Positions 45,827 through 55,084 of a stretch of DNA of 64,000 nucleotides are shown here, one piece after another (the first letter of the stretch is position 1; each line of letters starts with the position of its first letter). The notes under the pieces were generated by a model that worked only from the letters and a program-made list of their open reading frames with translations, made no database searches and was not told the DNA's origin. Location: the NCBI GenBank assembly GCA_913056365.1, contig CAJXLT010000006.1, forward strand, positions 152,186 through 216,185, read 5' to 3'. The position numbers were made by a program, and so were the translations under genes. The DNA is from an uncultured Paenibacillaceae bacterium (GTDB taxonomy: Bacteria > Bacillota > Bacilli > Paenibacillales > K13).

Positions 45827-46301
45827 GAGACCACCTCCTTCATAACGGATGTATACTATACCACGGTGAAACCACCGAACGAACGTCTACGCTGATTACA
45901 CCACGAAATGCTAAATTTGTAGTCTGAGTTTGCATTTGGAGGGTGGGGGGCGATCGGTGTTCTCAGTATGTCGTATGGGGAATTGTACAAGTATTAAGTA
46001 GAAAAGCTAAAATGTTTGTCGAATTAAGGAAATGGTTTTAGTATAATAGAAATAAGTATTTTGGATTAAGACTTATTGTCTAGACCAAGGTAGAGAATAC
46101 GGCAATTGTTAGTAGCAAGCAATGGACTTGTGGTACAGGATGGAACGACATCTCGTCTATTATCTTGCCTTGGAAATCCCCAACCTGTAAGAATGAAAGC
46201 ATGTTATCACTACATATAACTTCCCTCTATGGGATGCATGAAGGATGTTCAAGTCCACTAAGCGATCTGTGTAGAATCATTACAGGGAAATGGAGGAGCT
46301 T

Positions 46302-48683
46302 ATGGGAAAAGGAAATCTATCTGAAGAAGATATCAAAGCTAGGTACATTACCCCCGCAATCACTGACGCTGGCTGGGACATTAAGAAACAAGTTAGACTG
46401 GAGTACGCCATTACAGATGGTAGAATCATACTTCGCGGAAATGTAACTGTTAGGGGAAAGAAGAAAAGGGCGGACTATGTTCTTTTTTACAAGAGCAATT
46501 TACCATTAGCCATCGTGGAAGCCAAGGACAATAACCATTCTGTAGGAGCAGGACTGCAACAAGCTATTGGCTATGCCAATGATCTGGATGTGGATTATGT
46601 GTATGCTTCTAATGGTGATGGGTTTGTAGAACAGAACTTAGTTACCGGCGAGGTAAGGGAACTGAAGCTTGAGGAGTTTCCATCACCGGAAGAACTGTAT
46701 CACCGATATTTAATCGATAAGAATATCAATACGGCTGAAGAGAAAGTAATGCTTGAGCCTTATTACTACGTACCAGATTATAAGACACCTCGCTATTTCC
46801 AGCGGGTAGCCATTAATAGAACGGTGAATGCGGTAGCAAAGGGAAGGGATCGTGTTCTACTGGTAAGTGCTACAGGAACCGGCAAAACGTTCATGACGTT
46901 CCAGATTATCTACAGGCTATGGAAGTCCGGCTTGAAGAAAAGAATTCTATTCTTGGCTGACCGGAATGTACTGGTAGACCAGACGATTTCCGGAGATTTC
47001 AAACCTTTTGGCGGCAAGATGACGAAGGTACAGAATAGAAATCTGGATAGCTCCTATGAAATCTATCTGGCTCTGTACCAGCAACTTGCTGGTGATGATG
47101 GAGAAGAAGCTTTCCGACAATTCCAACCGAACTTTTTTGATCTCATTGTCATTGACGAGTGTCATAGAGGAAGTGCCAAAGAAGAATCTGCATGGCGAAA
47201 GATTCTTGACTATTTCTCATCAGCAACTCACATTGGATGTACAGCCACCCCAGTTGAGACCAAAGAGGCATCCAGCTTCACTTATTTTGGTGAGCCTATA
47301 TATGAATATTCTTTGAAACAGGGGATTGATGACGGCTTCTTAGCACCTTATAAAGTCATAAGAATTGGCTTAGATAGAGACCTTGAAGGATACCGACCGG
47401 AAGCCGGTAAGGTGGATAAACACGGCTACGAAATTGAAGATCGAGAATACAATGTGAGAGATTATGATAAAACTTTGGTGATTGATGAGCGAACCAGAGT
47501 CGTAGCATCCAAGATCACAGAGTTTCTAAAGAAGACAGATCGATACAGTAAGACCATTGTATTCTGTGTGGATATAGAACACGCGGAGCGCATGCGACAG
47601 GCACTTATTAATGGAAATAAAGATTTGTATACAGAAAATAATCGATACATCATGCGAATCACCGGTGACAACGATGAAGGAAAAGCTCAACTGGAAAACT
47701 TCATTGATGAAGAAAGTCCTTATCCGGTGATTGCTGTAACTAGTAAGCTCATGACTACCGGTGTGGATGCGAAGATGTGCAAGTTAATTGTGCTGGATAA
47801 TCATTTCGGTGACAACGGTATGACAGAGTTCAAACAGATTATCGGTCGAGGTACACGATTACTTGAAGAATACGGCAAGACTTATTTCACCATCATGGAT
47901 TTTCGTAATGCCAGTAGACTCTTTGCTGACCCTGCCTTCGATGGCAGACCGGAAGTGGTTATTGATCTGGATGGGAATGATCCGGTGGATGAGCCTGAAG
48001 CAGATACAGAAGACAATGAAGGCTATGATCAAAGTGATAGTAATGGTAGTACGAATGAATCCAAAGGTGATTACAACTCAGGAGGAACGGGTGACTTTGA
48101 CGGTGACGGCGATGATAAGCCTCGCAAATATTATGTAGGGGATATTACCGTCAGAGTTCTTTCAGAGAGAGTCCAATATGTCGATAAGGATGGTAAGCTT
48201 ATCACGGAAAGTCTGATTGATTTCACCAAGAAAAACATCCTGCAGCAATATGCCAGGCTGGATGAGTTCTTGAGAACATGGACAGAAGCGGAGAAGAAGC
48301 AAGCCATCATTGATGAATTACAAGACAGCGGTGTACTGCTAGATGCGGTCAGAGATGAACTGGGCAAGACAGACCTGGATGATTTCGATCTCATCTGTCA
48401 CTTGGCATACGATAAAGCACCGTTGACAAAAAAAGAGCGTGCAGAGAATGTGAAGAAGCGTCACTATCTGCACAAGTATTCCGATATGGCCCAGCAGGTT
48501 ATTGAAGCATTGCTGGATAAGTATGCGAATGATGGCATTAGAGAAATTGAGGATACAAAGGTGCTTCAGCTCAAAGAGTTCGCGAGAATTGGGAGTCCAA
48601 TGAAAATAGTCAAAGCCTTCGGTGGAAAGGAAGACTATCTGAAGGCTGTACAGGAACTAGAGAATGAGATTTATTACGCTTAG
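46302..48683 (+). CDS. hsdR: type I restriction endonuclease subunit R
   Basis: The N-terminal PD-(D/E)xK motif is RADYVLFY...VEAKD. Helicase motif I is SATGTGKTF, motif II is VIDECHRG, and motif VI is IIGRGTRL. GGAGGAG precedes the ATG at 46302. Confidence 0.9.
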   Translation: MGKGNLSEEDIKARYITPAITDAGWDIKKQVRLEYAITDGRIILRGNVTVRGKKKRADYVLFYKSNLPLAIVEAKDNNHSVGAGLQQAIGYANDLDVDYVYASNGDGFVEQNLVTGEVRELKLEEFPSPEELYHRYLIDKNINTAEEKVMLEPYYYVPDYKTPRYFQRVAINRTVNAVAKGRDRVLLVSATGTGKTFMTFQIIYRLWKSGLKKRILFLADRNVLVDQTISGDFKPFGGKMTKVQNRNLDSSYEIYLALYQQLAGDDGEEAFRQFQPNFFDLIVIDECHRGSAKEESAWRKILDYFSSATHIGCTATPVETKEASSFTYFGEPIYEYSLKQGIDDGFLAPYKVIRIGLDRDLEGYRPEAGKVDKHGYEIEDREYNVRDYDKTLVIDERTRVVASKITEFLKKTDRYSKTIVFCVDIEHAERMRQALINGNKDLYTENNRYIMRITGDNDEGKAQLENFIDEESPYPVIAVTSKLMTTGVDAKMCKLIVLDNHFGDNGMTEFKQIIGRGTRLLEEYGKTYFTIMDFRNASRLFADPAFDGRPEVVIDLDGNDPVDEPEADTEDNEGYDQSDSNGSTNESKGDYNSGGTGDFDGDGDDKPRKYYVGDITVRVLSERVQYVDKDGKLITESLIDFTKKNILQQYARLDEFLRTWTEAEKKQAIIDELQDSGVLLDAVRDELGKTDLDDFDLICHLAYDKAPLTKKERAENVKKRHYLHKYSDMAQQVIEALLDKYANDGIREIEDTKVLQLKEFARIGSPMKIVKAFGGKEDYLKAVQELENEIYYA

Positions 48684-48719
48684 GACAAAAAACAATAGCA
48701 GACAAGGCAGGTATAGGTT

Positions 48720-50189
48720 ATGGCGATTAGTAATGTTGTCAAGAGAATTCAAGATGTTATGCGCAACGACTCAGGTGTTAATGGAGACGCCCAGAGAATC
48801 GAGCAAATCGTGTGGATTCTCTTCTTGAAAATATATGATGCGAAGGAAGAAGCCTGGGAGCTGTATGATGACAACTACAAGTCTATCATTCCAGAAGGCT
48901 TAAAGTGGAGAGATTGGGCTATTGATCGCAAAGACGGTGAGGCACTTACAGGAGATGCTTTACTTGATTTTGTTAATAATAAGCTGTTTCCTACCCTTAA
49001 GAATGTAGAAATTGATGAAGAAACACCGATGAGTCAAGTCATCGTGAAGTCTGCATTTGAAGATGTCAATAACTATCAAAAGGATGGGGTACTGCTCCGT
49101 CAAGTCATTAATATCATTGATGAGATCGACTTCACAGAGTATAAAGAGCGCCATGAATTCGGTGCAATCTATGAATCATTCCTTAAGGACTTACAGAGCG
49201 CGGGGAATGCCGGTGAATTCTATACGCCAAGAGCTGTTACAGATTTTATGGTGGAGGTGGTCAAGCCAGTATTAGGAGACAGGATAGGGGACTTTGCCTG
49301 CGGTACAGGGGGCTTCTTGACTTCCGTCTTAAAAGCACTGGATAAACAAGTTGGGAATTCTCTCGAAAACAGAGAAATTTATAACAAGTCGGTGTATGGG
49401 ATTGAGAAGAAATCATTGCCGCATATGCTATCTATCACCAATATGCTGATACATGATATTGATGATCCCAACATTCTTCATGGGAATGCATTAGAGGTAG
49501 ATTATAAAGACCTTCGTAAGATGGAGTCTTTTGACGTGATCTTGATGAATCCCCCGTATGGAGGAAGTGAGAAGGAGAGCGTCAAAGTCAACTTCCCAAC
49601 CGAACTGAGAAGTTCTGAAACAGCTGATTTATTCATGAATGTGATCATGTATCGACTGAAGAAGAACGGGCGAGCAGCGGTAATCCTGCCAGACGGATTC
49701 TTGTTTGGTACGGATAATGCCAAATTGAATATTAAGAAGAAACTCTTCAGTGAGTTTAATCTTCACACTGTGATTAGAATGCCTCACAGTGTCTTTGCAC
49801 CATATACGTCAATTAGAACAAATATCCTGTTCTTTGATAATACAGAACCGACAAGAGAAACATGGTTCTATCGTGTGGATATGCCGGAAGGATATAAGAA
49901 TTTCTCTAAGACTAGACCAATGAAGCTGGAGCACTTTAATGATGCTCTCGCTTGGTGGGAGAATCGAGAAGCAATCGAAGTAGATGGCTTCCCGAAAGCG
50001 AAGAAATATACAATCGATGAGATTGAGGGCAGAAGCTATAACATTGACTTATGCGGCTCCCCTAATGAGGAAGAAGTTATCCTAGAACCACTGGATTTGA
50101 TCCAGAAGTATCAAGAAAAGCGTGCTTCCCTCAATGCTGAGATCGACCATGTTCTCGAACAGATTACTTCTAAGCTCGGAGGTAAGTAA
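48720..50189 (+). CDS. hsdM: type I restriction-modification N6-adenine DNA methyltransferase subunit M
   Basis: The HsdM N-terminal domain contains RNDSGVNGDAQRIEQIVWILFLKIYD. The AdoMet motif is DFACGTGGFL and the catalytic motif is NPPYGG. Confidence 0.9.
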   Translation: MAISNVVKRIQDVMRNDSGVNGDAQRIEQIVWILFLKIYDAKEEAWELYDDNYKSIIPEGLKWRDWAIDRKDGEALTGDALLDFVNNKLFPTLKNVEIDEETPMSQVIVKSAFEDVNNYQKDGVLLRQVINIIDEIDFTEYKERHEFGAIYESFLKDLQSAGNAGEFYTPRAVTDFMVEVVKPVLGDRIGDFACGTGGFLTSVLKALDKQVGNSLENREIYNKSVYGIEKKSLPHMLSITNMLIHDIDDPNILHGNALEVDYKDLRKMESFDVILMNPPYGGSEKESVKVNFPTELRSSETADLFMNVIMYRLKKNGRAAVILPDGFLFGTDNAKLNIKKKLFSEFNLHTVIRMPHSVFAPYTSIRTNILFFDNTEPTRETWFYRVDMPEGYKNFSKTRPMKLEHFNDALAWWENREAIEVDGFPKAKKYTIDEIEGRSYNIDLCGSPNEEEVILEPLDLIQKYQEKRASLNAEIDHVLEQITSKLGGK

Positions 50190-50190
50190 G

Positions 50191-51657
50191 ATGAATGCAC
50201 AGGACTTGAAAAATAGTATTCTTCAACTTGCGATCCAAGGGAAGTTGGTTGAGCAGAGAGTAGAAGAGGGAACCGCAAAAGAACTGTTGGAGCAGATTAA
50301 GGCTGAAAAAGAGCAGTTGATAAAAGAAAAGAAGATTAAGAGGGAAAAATCATTGTCAGAAATAACGGCAGATAAAATACCTTTTGATATTCCTGAGAGT
50401 TGGGCATGGGTCAGATTGGGTGAAATTGGAGAAACTAATATCGGTTTAACATATAAACCATCTGATATATCTAATAATGGTACAATTGTTTTGAGGTCGA
50501 GCAATATATTTAACGGTATATTAGTATATGACGACATCGTCAGAGTAGATATGACTATTCCTGAGAATAAAATGTGTAAATCAGGCGACATTTTAATATG
50601 TGCAAGAAACGGTAGTAAAAGACTGGTTGGAAAGGCTGCAATAATCGACAGAGAAGGCATGAGTTTTGGAGCATTTATGGCAATTTATCGGAGTATTTGT
50701 AATAAGTACGTCTTACGTGTAATTCACTCGACTTACTTTAGAAATGCCCTTTTTCCAGAAACAGGTACCACTACAATTAATCAAATTACACAAGACAGTC
50801 TGAGACAGTTCTTATTACCTCTTCCCCCACTAGAAGAACAAAAGCGTATCGTAGCAAAGATCGAAGAATTACTGCCTTTTGTGGAGAAATACGATAAAGC
50901 CTATTCTGAAGTGGAGGAGCTGAATAAAAAGTTCCCGGAGGATATGCAAAAATCGATTTTGCAATATGCTATCCAAGGTAAGCTGGTTGAGCAGCGAGAA
51001 GAAGAGGGAACTGCGGAAGAACTGTATCAGCAGATTCAAAATGAAAAAGCAAAGTTGATTAAGGAAGGTATGCTTAAGAAGCAAAAACAACTGGCTGAAA
51101 TTACAGAAGATGAGATTCCGTTTGATATTCCTGAAAGTTGGAGGTGGGTGAGATTAGGGAATCTATCTGAAAAGATAGGTTCAGGCAGTACACCTACTGG
51201 AGGGAAATCTGTATATAAAGAAAGCGGAATAAAATTTTTGAGATCACAAAATGTTTATAATGATGGATTAAGGTTGGAGAATGTTGCTTATATATCTGAA
51301 GATCAGAACAGGCCAGGAAGTATCGTCAAAGAAAAAGATATCCTATTAAATATTACAGGGGGATCAATTGGGAGATGTGCTTTGGTTCCAGATGGCTTTG
51401 ATATAGCAAATATAAATCAACATGTTATGATTATCAGGAATATATTACCAGGCAATAGGTTTTTTATGCATTATATTTTAATTTCGCCATATGTTCAGTC
51501 AATGATAATGAGTGTACAAGTAGGAGTATCCAGAGAAGGGTTGAGTGCTGAAAAGTTAAAAAACTTTTTGATACCTCTCCCCCCACTGAAAGAACAAATG
51601 CGTATTGTAGCAAAGATTGAAGAGTTAATGCCATACCATAATAAGCTAGTTGATTAG
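50191..51657 (+). CDS. hsdS: type I restriction-modification specificity subunit S (two TRDs)
   Basis: The ATG lies 1 nt after the hsdM stop, with GGAGG upstream. Two variable regions are separated by duplicated conserved helices (LPPLEEQKRIVAKIEELLP and LPPLKEQMRIVAKIEELMP). Confidence 0.9.
   Translation: MNAQDLKNSILQLAIQGKLVEQRVEEGTAKELLEQIKAEKEQLIKEKKIKREKSLSEITADKIPFDIPESWAWVRLGEIGETNIGLTYKPSDISNNGTIVLRSSNIFNGILVYDDIVRVDMTIPENKMCKSGDILICARNGSKRLVGKAAIIDREGMSFGAFMAIYRSICNKYVLRVIHSTYFRNALFPETGTTTINQITQDSLRQFLLPLPPLEEQKRIVAKIEELLPFVEKYDKAYSEVEELNKKFPEDMQKSILQYAIQGKLVEQREEEGTAEELYQQIQNEKAKLIKEGMLKKQKQLAEITEDEIPFDIPESWRWVRLGNLSEKIGSGSTPTGGKSVYKESGIKFLRSQNVYNDGLRLENVAYISEDQNRPGSIVKEKDILLNITGGSIGRCALVPDGFDIANINQHVMIIRNILPGNRFFMHYILISPYVQSMIMSVQVGVSREGLSAEKLKNFLIPLPPLKEQMRIVAKIEELMPYHNKLVD
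50218..51165 (+). repeat. internal direct repeat of hsdS (50218-50427 and 50956-51165), the conserved coiled-coil spacer regions
   Basis: ILQLAIQGKLVEQRVEEGTAKELLEQI...IPFDIPESWAWVRLG matches ILQYAIQGKLVEQREEEGTAEELYQQI...IPFDIPESWRWVRLG. Confidence 0.8.
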
Positions 51658-51983
51658 GTGATAATAACTACTATTAGCTCGGCTAATTAAGTGACAACTG
51701 TTAGAGGAACATTGAAACTATGGTTTATCTCAAGAATAAAATTGTAGAGCAGCATACTGGCGTACAATTTAAAGGACATAAATTTTGGAGAAGACGCTTT
51801 CGAAAGTGCGTCATCTGCGAAGGATGGCAGGCAAGTTGCTTTTGGATGTCACCTGCGCTCCAGCAGACATCCCCCTGTGTTAGGATGGTTGTCATAGGGT
51901 TCCTTAATAAGTATAGTGGGTTTAGAAACACCAATTGAAAATGGAGGGTGGTCATTCATGGTAGAGGAGTTGAATTTATTTTC

Positions 51984-52343
51984 ATGAAAATTACGCTGGA
52001 AATGAGTAGAGGGGCTTATGAAATAGCCAAGAAAGTGTACTCGGGAAGATTAACAAGAACAGAAGGAAAGATCGAGATTAACAAGGCAACAGGGATGAGT
52101 GAAGGCTCAGCGCAGGCGTTCATTGTCATATTTCTAGCCATGATGAATGGAGTGGTATATAAACGAGCCTTCAATAATGATACAAATCAATTTTTGCTCG
52201 AAAGCATCAGAAGGGACTTTGGGGAAGCGTATTTTCGTAAGGCACTGCAAGCAGTGCAAAAACATATCGACTATTATTCCACACTGGGCAGAGGGAATTT
52301 ATCCGGGTTACAGGATATTGTAAATCGTATGCAGAGAACGTAG
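51984..52343 (+). CDS. hypothetical protein (119 aa) downstream of hsdS
   Basis: The ORF begins MKITLEMSRGAYEIAKKVYSG. Its ATG overlaps the TGA of a 9-codon uORF (51958-51987) that has the good SD GGAGGGTGG. I recognised no motif. Confidence 0.5.
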   Translation: MKITLEMSRGAYEIAKKVYSGRLTRTEGKIEINKATGMSEGSAQAFIVIFLAMMNGVVYKRAFNNDTNQFLLESIRRDFGEAYFRKALQAVQKHIDYYSTLGRGNLSGLQDIVNRMQRT

Positions 52344-52418
52344 AATTTTTGTTAATGCTGTAGGAAGATTGGTCATGGAACTTCGGAACCAATGATTATT
52401 ACTTTCGCACATAAAATG

Positions 52419-52586
52419 TCAATATCGTACTTTCTTTTTTCTCAGCCGACTCTCAAGCCGGCACCTTCCAGCTTCCGCATCTTCATCGATCTGAAACCAT
52501 ACTTCTACATCGAAGTTCAGCAGCGGCACGATTAGATTGCCATATACGGCGTAATCCAGATGCTTCAGCCCTTTAAGTCCGCTCAT
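52419..52586 (-). CDS. candidate 55-aa protein (below the ORF-track cut-off)
   Basis: Hand translation gives MSGLKGLKHLDYAVYGNLIVPLLNFDVEVWFQIDEDAEAGRCRLESRLRKKKVRY. GGAGGTGG lies 4 nt before the ATG. Confidence 0.35.
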   Translation of the reverse strand: MSGLKGLKHLDYAVYGNLIVPLLNFDVEVWFQIDEDAEAGRCRLESRLRKKKVRY

Positions 52587-52991
52587 TGCACCACCTCCAA
52601 CTTATTTCATTTTGCAAGGACCGACCTCAGCGGACGGTTCTTTTTCATTTTTTTGAATTCACATCCTGCAGACCTAAACACTACCGCAAGCCCTTTTGCT
52701 GATGTGTTTCTGATGGCTGGAGTATAAGGAGTAAGATCTCAGACAGTATTTTTGATGCTGGACGCCAAGCTTGCCGACCTATGCTTGGTATGCAAATATT
52801 CTACCATTGCGATAGTGCGCAGGGATGTGGAAATATCGGCACATTGTTGTTCTTATACGTACTATTGCATTGATATTTTACTCATACACTCGTATCAAAA
52901 TCAAGTCGTTTCATATACACTTCAACCAAGGAGTGAATGTCACAATGGCTGAGTTGTTACAGCTTAGAAATCAAAGACAGGGGGAACAGAG

Positions 52992-53279
52992 ATGGAATTT
53001 CCATCGTGGTTTCGGCAAGTGGTACAAGGGAGACTGGAAGAGGTGTCTGCACGGATCGAACACCATCCTGACTTGAATGACGTTCGGGCTGAAGCAGACC
53101 AGGCATTCGAATCGTTGTTCGAAGACAAGGATATTGGGCGTATGCCAGAATTTGCAGCCTGGGAGGACAGGCATTATCTGAAACAAGGACTCGTATATGA
53201 AAAGCTGTACTTGCAGGGAATGAAGGATGGTGTTCAGCTTGCTATGGCATTATTCTGTACTTCTTCGTCTGACGATTGA
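52992..53279 (+). CDS. hypothetical protein, DUF6809-like (mobile-element-associated small helical protein)
   Basis: The pattern ...AEADQAFESLFE...LKQGLVYEKLYLQGMKDGVQLAMALF resembles small proteins found next to XRE regulators in Firmicute prophages and ICEs. This rests on recall only. Confidence 0.45.
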   Translation: MEFPSWFRQVVQGRLEEVSARIEHHPDLNDVRAEADQAFESLFEDKDIGRMPEFAAWEDRHYLKQGLVYEKLYLQGMKDGVQLAMALFCTSSSDD

Positions 53280-53412
53280 CCACAAACAGAAAACGTTGAG
53301 TGCAAGGCTGGTATATAATCTGTGATGGAACAGCTGACACAAACCCCAAATGGATGAACAGAGTACCTCCCTGCTCATCCACTTTCATCATGGGTGTCAT
53401 CTCGTGTATGAA

Positions 53413-53691
53413 TCACTCATTCCGTGACCGCTCATATTCCATTTCCACTAGCTTGAAGAACTCAGAAGATTTGATCTTAAGTCCCCGGCATAGTTCGAAA
53501 ATCTTCGTGACGGACGGTTCGTTCCTGCCGACTTCGATCATGGAGATATAGGAGCGGTCCACGTCGCATTCATACGCCAAATCTTCTTGGTTCATGCCTT
53601 GCTTGATCCGAATCGCTTTCACAGTTTTCCCGATTATCTGTTTCATGATAATGGCTAGTTCGCTCAATGTGGACAGCTCCGTTCGTGGCAT
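53413..53691 (-). CDS. XRE-family helix-turn-helix transcriptional regulator
   Basis: IRIKQGMNQEDLAYECDVDRSYISMIEVGRNEPSVTKIFELCRGL is a classic HTH_3 motif. The true start may be the internal ATG at 53646 (MKQIIGK), because the 53691 ATG lies inside the repeated RNA element and is not conserved in the second copy. Confidence 0.8.
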   Translation of the reverse strand: MPRTELSTLSELAIIMKQIIGKTVKAIRIKQGMNQEDLAYECDVDRSYISMIEVGRNEPSVTKIFELCRGLKIKSSEFFKLVEMEYERSRNE

Positions 53692-53866
53692 GTGTGAAGT
53701 GGTTGTTAGATTATTTCCAAAAACAGAAATGACCGCCTCCAGCCAAGGTCGCGGTCATTTCGATCGTACATGTTGAGTTGGTAAGTGCCGACCGCTCTTA
53801 ATGCGGTAGCCGTACCTAATAGGGAATCTGGTTGCCGCCAGGTTCCTTTATTAGTTTAATCATAAC
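53684..53866 (-). ncRNA. structured ~180-nt element, copy 1 (two hairpins plus an intrinsic terminator; candidate leader or sRNA)
   Basis: By eye this copy is about 85-90 percent identical to 55661-55845. On the minus strand there is a hairpin CUAAUAAAGGAACCUGG-CGGCAA-CCAGAUUCCCUAUUAG, a second hairpin around ACCGC-AUUAAGA-GCGGU, and then GAAAUGACCGC...GCGGUCAUUUC followed by UGUUUUU. Confidence 0.55.
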
Positions 53867-53943
53867 TCCGGGAATTCAGTCGCTCTTTAAGATTGCCGAA
53901 TGCCTTCTATACGATGTCCTAGAGCATATACTGTGAAACTATA

Positions 53944-54606
53944 TCAATCTGGATAATGGTTTGAATAGGCAAGATGAGGACTCGTATGCAATCCAATAAC
54001 CTGAGGATACTCTACACCATCATAAGGAGAAGGAGTCGCATTTCCAATGCAAACATAAATCTGCTCATAGGCGGAGGAAATACGTCCATTCCGAAGTATC
54101 TGACCTTCCCATTTACAGTCCTTCACAACAACATTTCCGTTATTTGTATGATGATTGTTCATATCCAATTCTGCAGAACTGAAAATCATCCGTGCCCGAT
54201 GCTTATCATCGTAATGTGTTGAATAATGTGTGAACCTATCCACTTTTACCAAACAAAGACTTCTCCCATTCGCTGCGAAAACATCTGCCAGATCCTCTTC
54301 TCCTTCACAGTGATCCTCCAAGAATTCTAGCAACTCAGTATGGGTCAATGATTCTTCGAAACTCCATTCAATGACGTGAAAATCTTCAGTATGATTCGGA
54401 TAGTCAAACATAGCAGGCTGCTGACCATTGATCTCCCAAACGTCACCGACCCGTACAAACCGCCCATCGATCGTAAGCTCATCCCTTGTCCAAAAGCGAC
54501 CTGCAGAAGTCCTAGATATTGGCCTTATCCATTCTCCATCCTCATTCATCCCAGCAATACAAAACCCATCCCAACTCTTAGTAACAGCTAAAACAATAAA
54601 TTTCAT
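53944..54606 (-). CDS. hypothetical 220-aa protein (possibly of the dual OB-fold type), last gene of the DUF488 cassette
   Basis: The ATG at 54606 (MKFIVLAVTKSWDGFCIAGMNEDGEWIRPIS) is preceded by GGGAGG. The N-terminal CxAG...W(I/V)RP pattern resembles a family annotated as dual OB domain proteins; this is recall and unverified. Confidence 0.6.
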   Translation of the reverse strand: MKFIVLAVTKSWDGFCIAGMNEDGEWIRPISRTSAGRFWTRDELTIDGRFVRVGDVWEINGQQPAMFDYPNHTEDFHVIEWSFEESLTHTELLEFLEDHCEGEEDLADVFAANGRSLCLVKVDRFTHYSTHYDDKHRARMIFSSAELDMNNHHTNNGNVVVKDCKWEGQILRNGRISSAYEQIYVCIGNATPSPYDGVEYPQVIGLHTSPHLAYSNHYPD

Positions 54607-54630
54607 AATCCTTCGACCTCCCATGTAGTT

Positions 54631-55074
54631 TCACACTAAATGGATCGTCCGGATATCCCCCTGAAATTGCTGCAGATACTCCGCTAACAATCGTCGGTGA
54701 CAATGATGTGGTTTATCTTCGCTGCATAAGAAACACGGCTTGCCATCTCCAAGAATCCGGTCAAGATCCTTTTCCACTTTGCGATTTTGCAGTAAATTCA
54801 GATATTTCTTCTCGTACTCTTCCCACCCAATACGTTTTTTCTTAAAATCATTCAGCATTTGTTCCTCAGGAGCCAGATCAAGGAAATGGCTGTACTTTAC
54901 TCCTACCAGTTGCAGAATGTATTCCAAATCGTCCTTCTTCGCAAAACCAGCCAGCTGCGACGTATTATTCAGCCGCGTATCGATCAGATGCTTCACATTT
55001 TCACGTTGAAGTAAATCAACAAATTTGCGTAGCGGCTTCTTAGCAAATCCGATCGTACACAATTCAACAGTCAT
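54631..55074 (-). CDS. DUF488 family protein (canonical type)
   Basis: LCTIGFAKKPLRKFVDLLQRENVKHLIDTRLNNTS matches the DUF488 N-terminal TiGhs...liDvR pattern. The C-terminus has CFLCSEDKPHHCHRRLLAEYL. Confidence 0.75.
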   Translation of the reverse strand: MTVELCTIGFAKKPLRKFVDLLQRENVKHLIDTRLNNTSQLAGFAKKDDLEYILQLVGVKYSHFLDLAPEEQMLNDFKKKRIGWEEYEKKYLNLLQNRKVEKDLDRILGDGKPCFLCSEDKPHHCHRRLLAEYLQQFQGDIRTIHLV

Positions 55075-55084
55075 GTAGAGCCTC

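Noticed and set aside
46165-46446. 93-aa ORF overlapping the hsdR start.
   Set aside because: It has no SD and runs out of frame across the clearly supported hsdR N-terminus.
50218-51165. hsdS internal repeats considered as a phase-variable shufflon.
   Set aside because: The repeats are direct, in-frame and typical of the conserved spacer helices of every two-TRD HsdS. The window has no second hsdS copy, no inverted repeat and no recombinase.
53816-53863. 15-codon ORF at the 5' end of the repeated RNA element (MIKLIKEPGGNQIPY in copy 1, MITLIKELGWHQIPH in copy 2), considered as an attenuation leader peptide.
   Set aside because: The frame is kept in both copies only because there are no indels. 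Five of 15 residues differ non-conservatively, and the SD spacing is poor. The substitutions fit RNA pairing better than peptide conservation. This is not fully excluded.
53684-53866. Resemblance of UUAGGUACGGCUACCGC in the repeated element to the T-box consensus (AAnnnGGGUGGnACCGCG).
   Set aside because: The element is far too short for a T-box leader. It has no Stem I or specifier loop, the match is partial, and the downstream genes are not aminoacyl-tRNA related.
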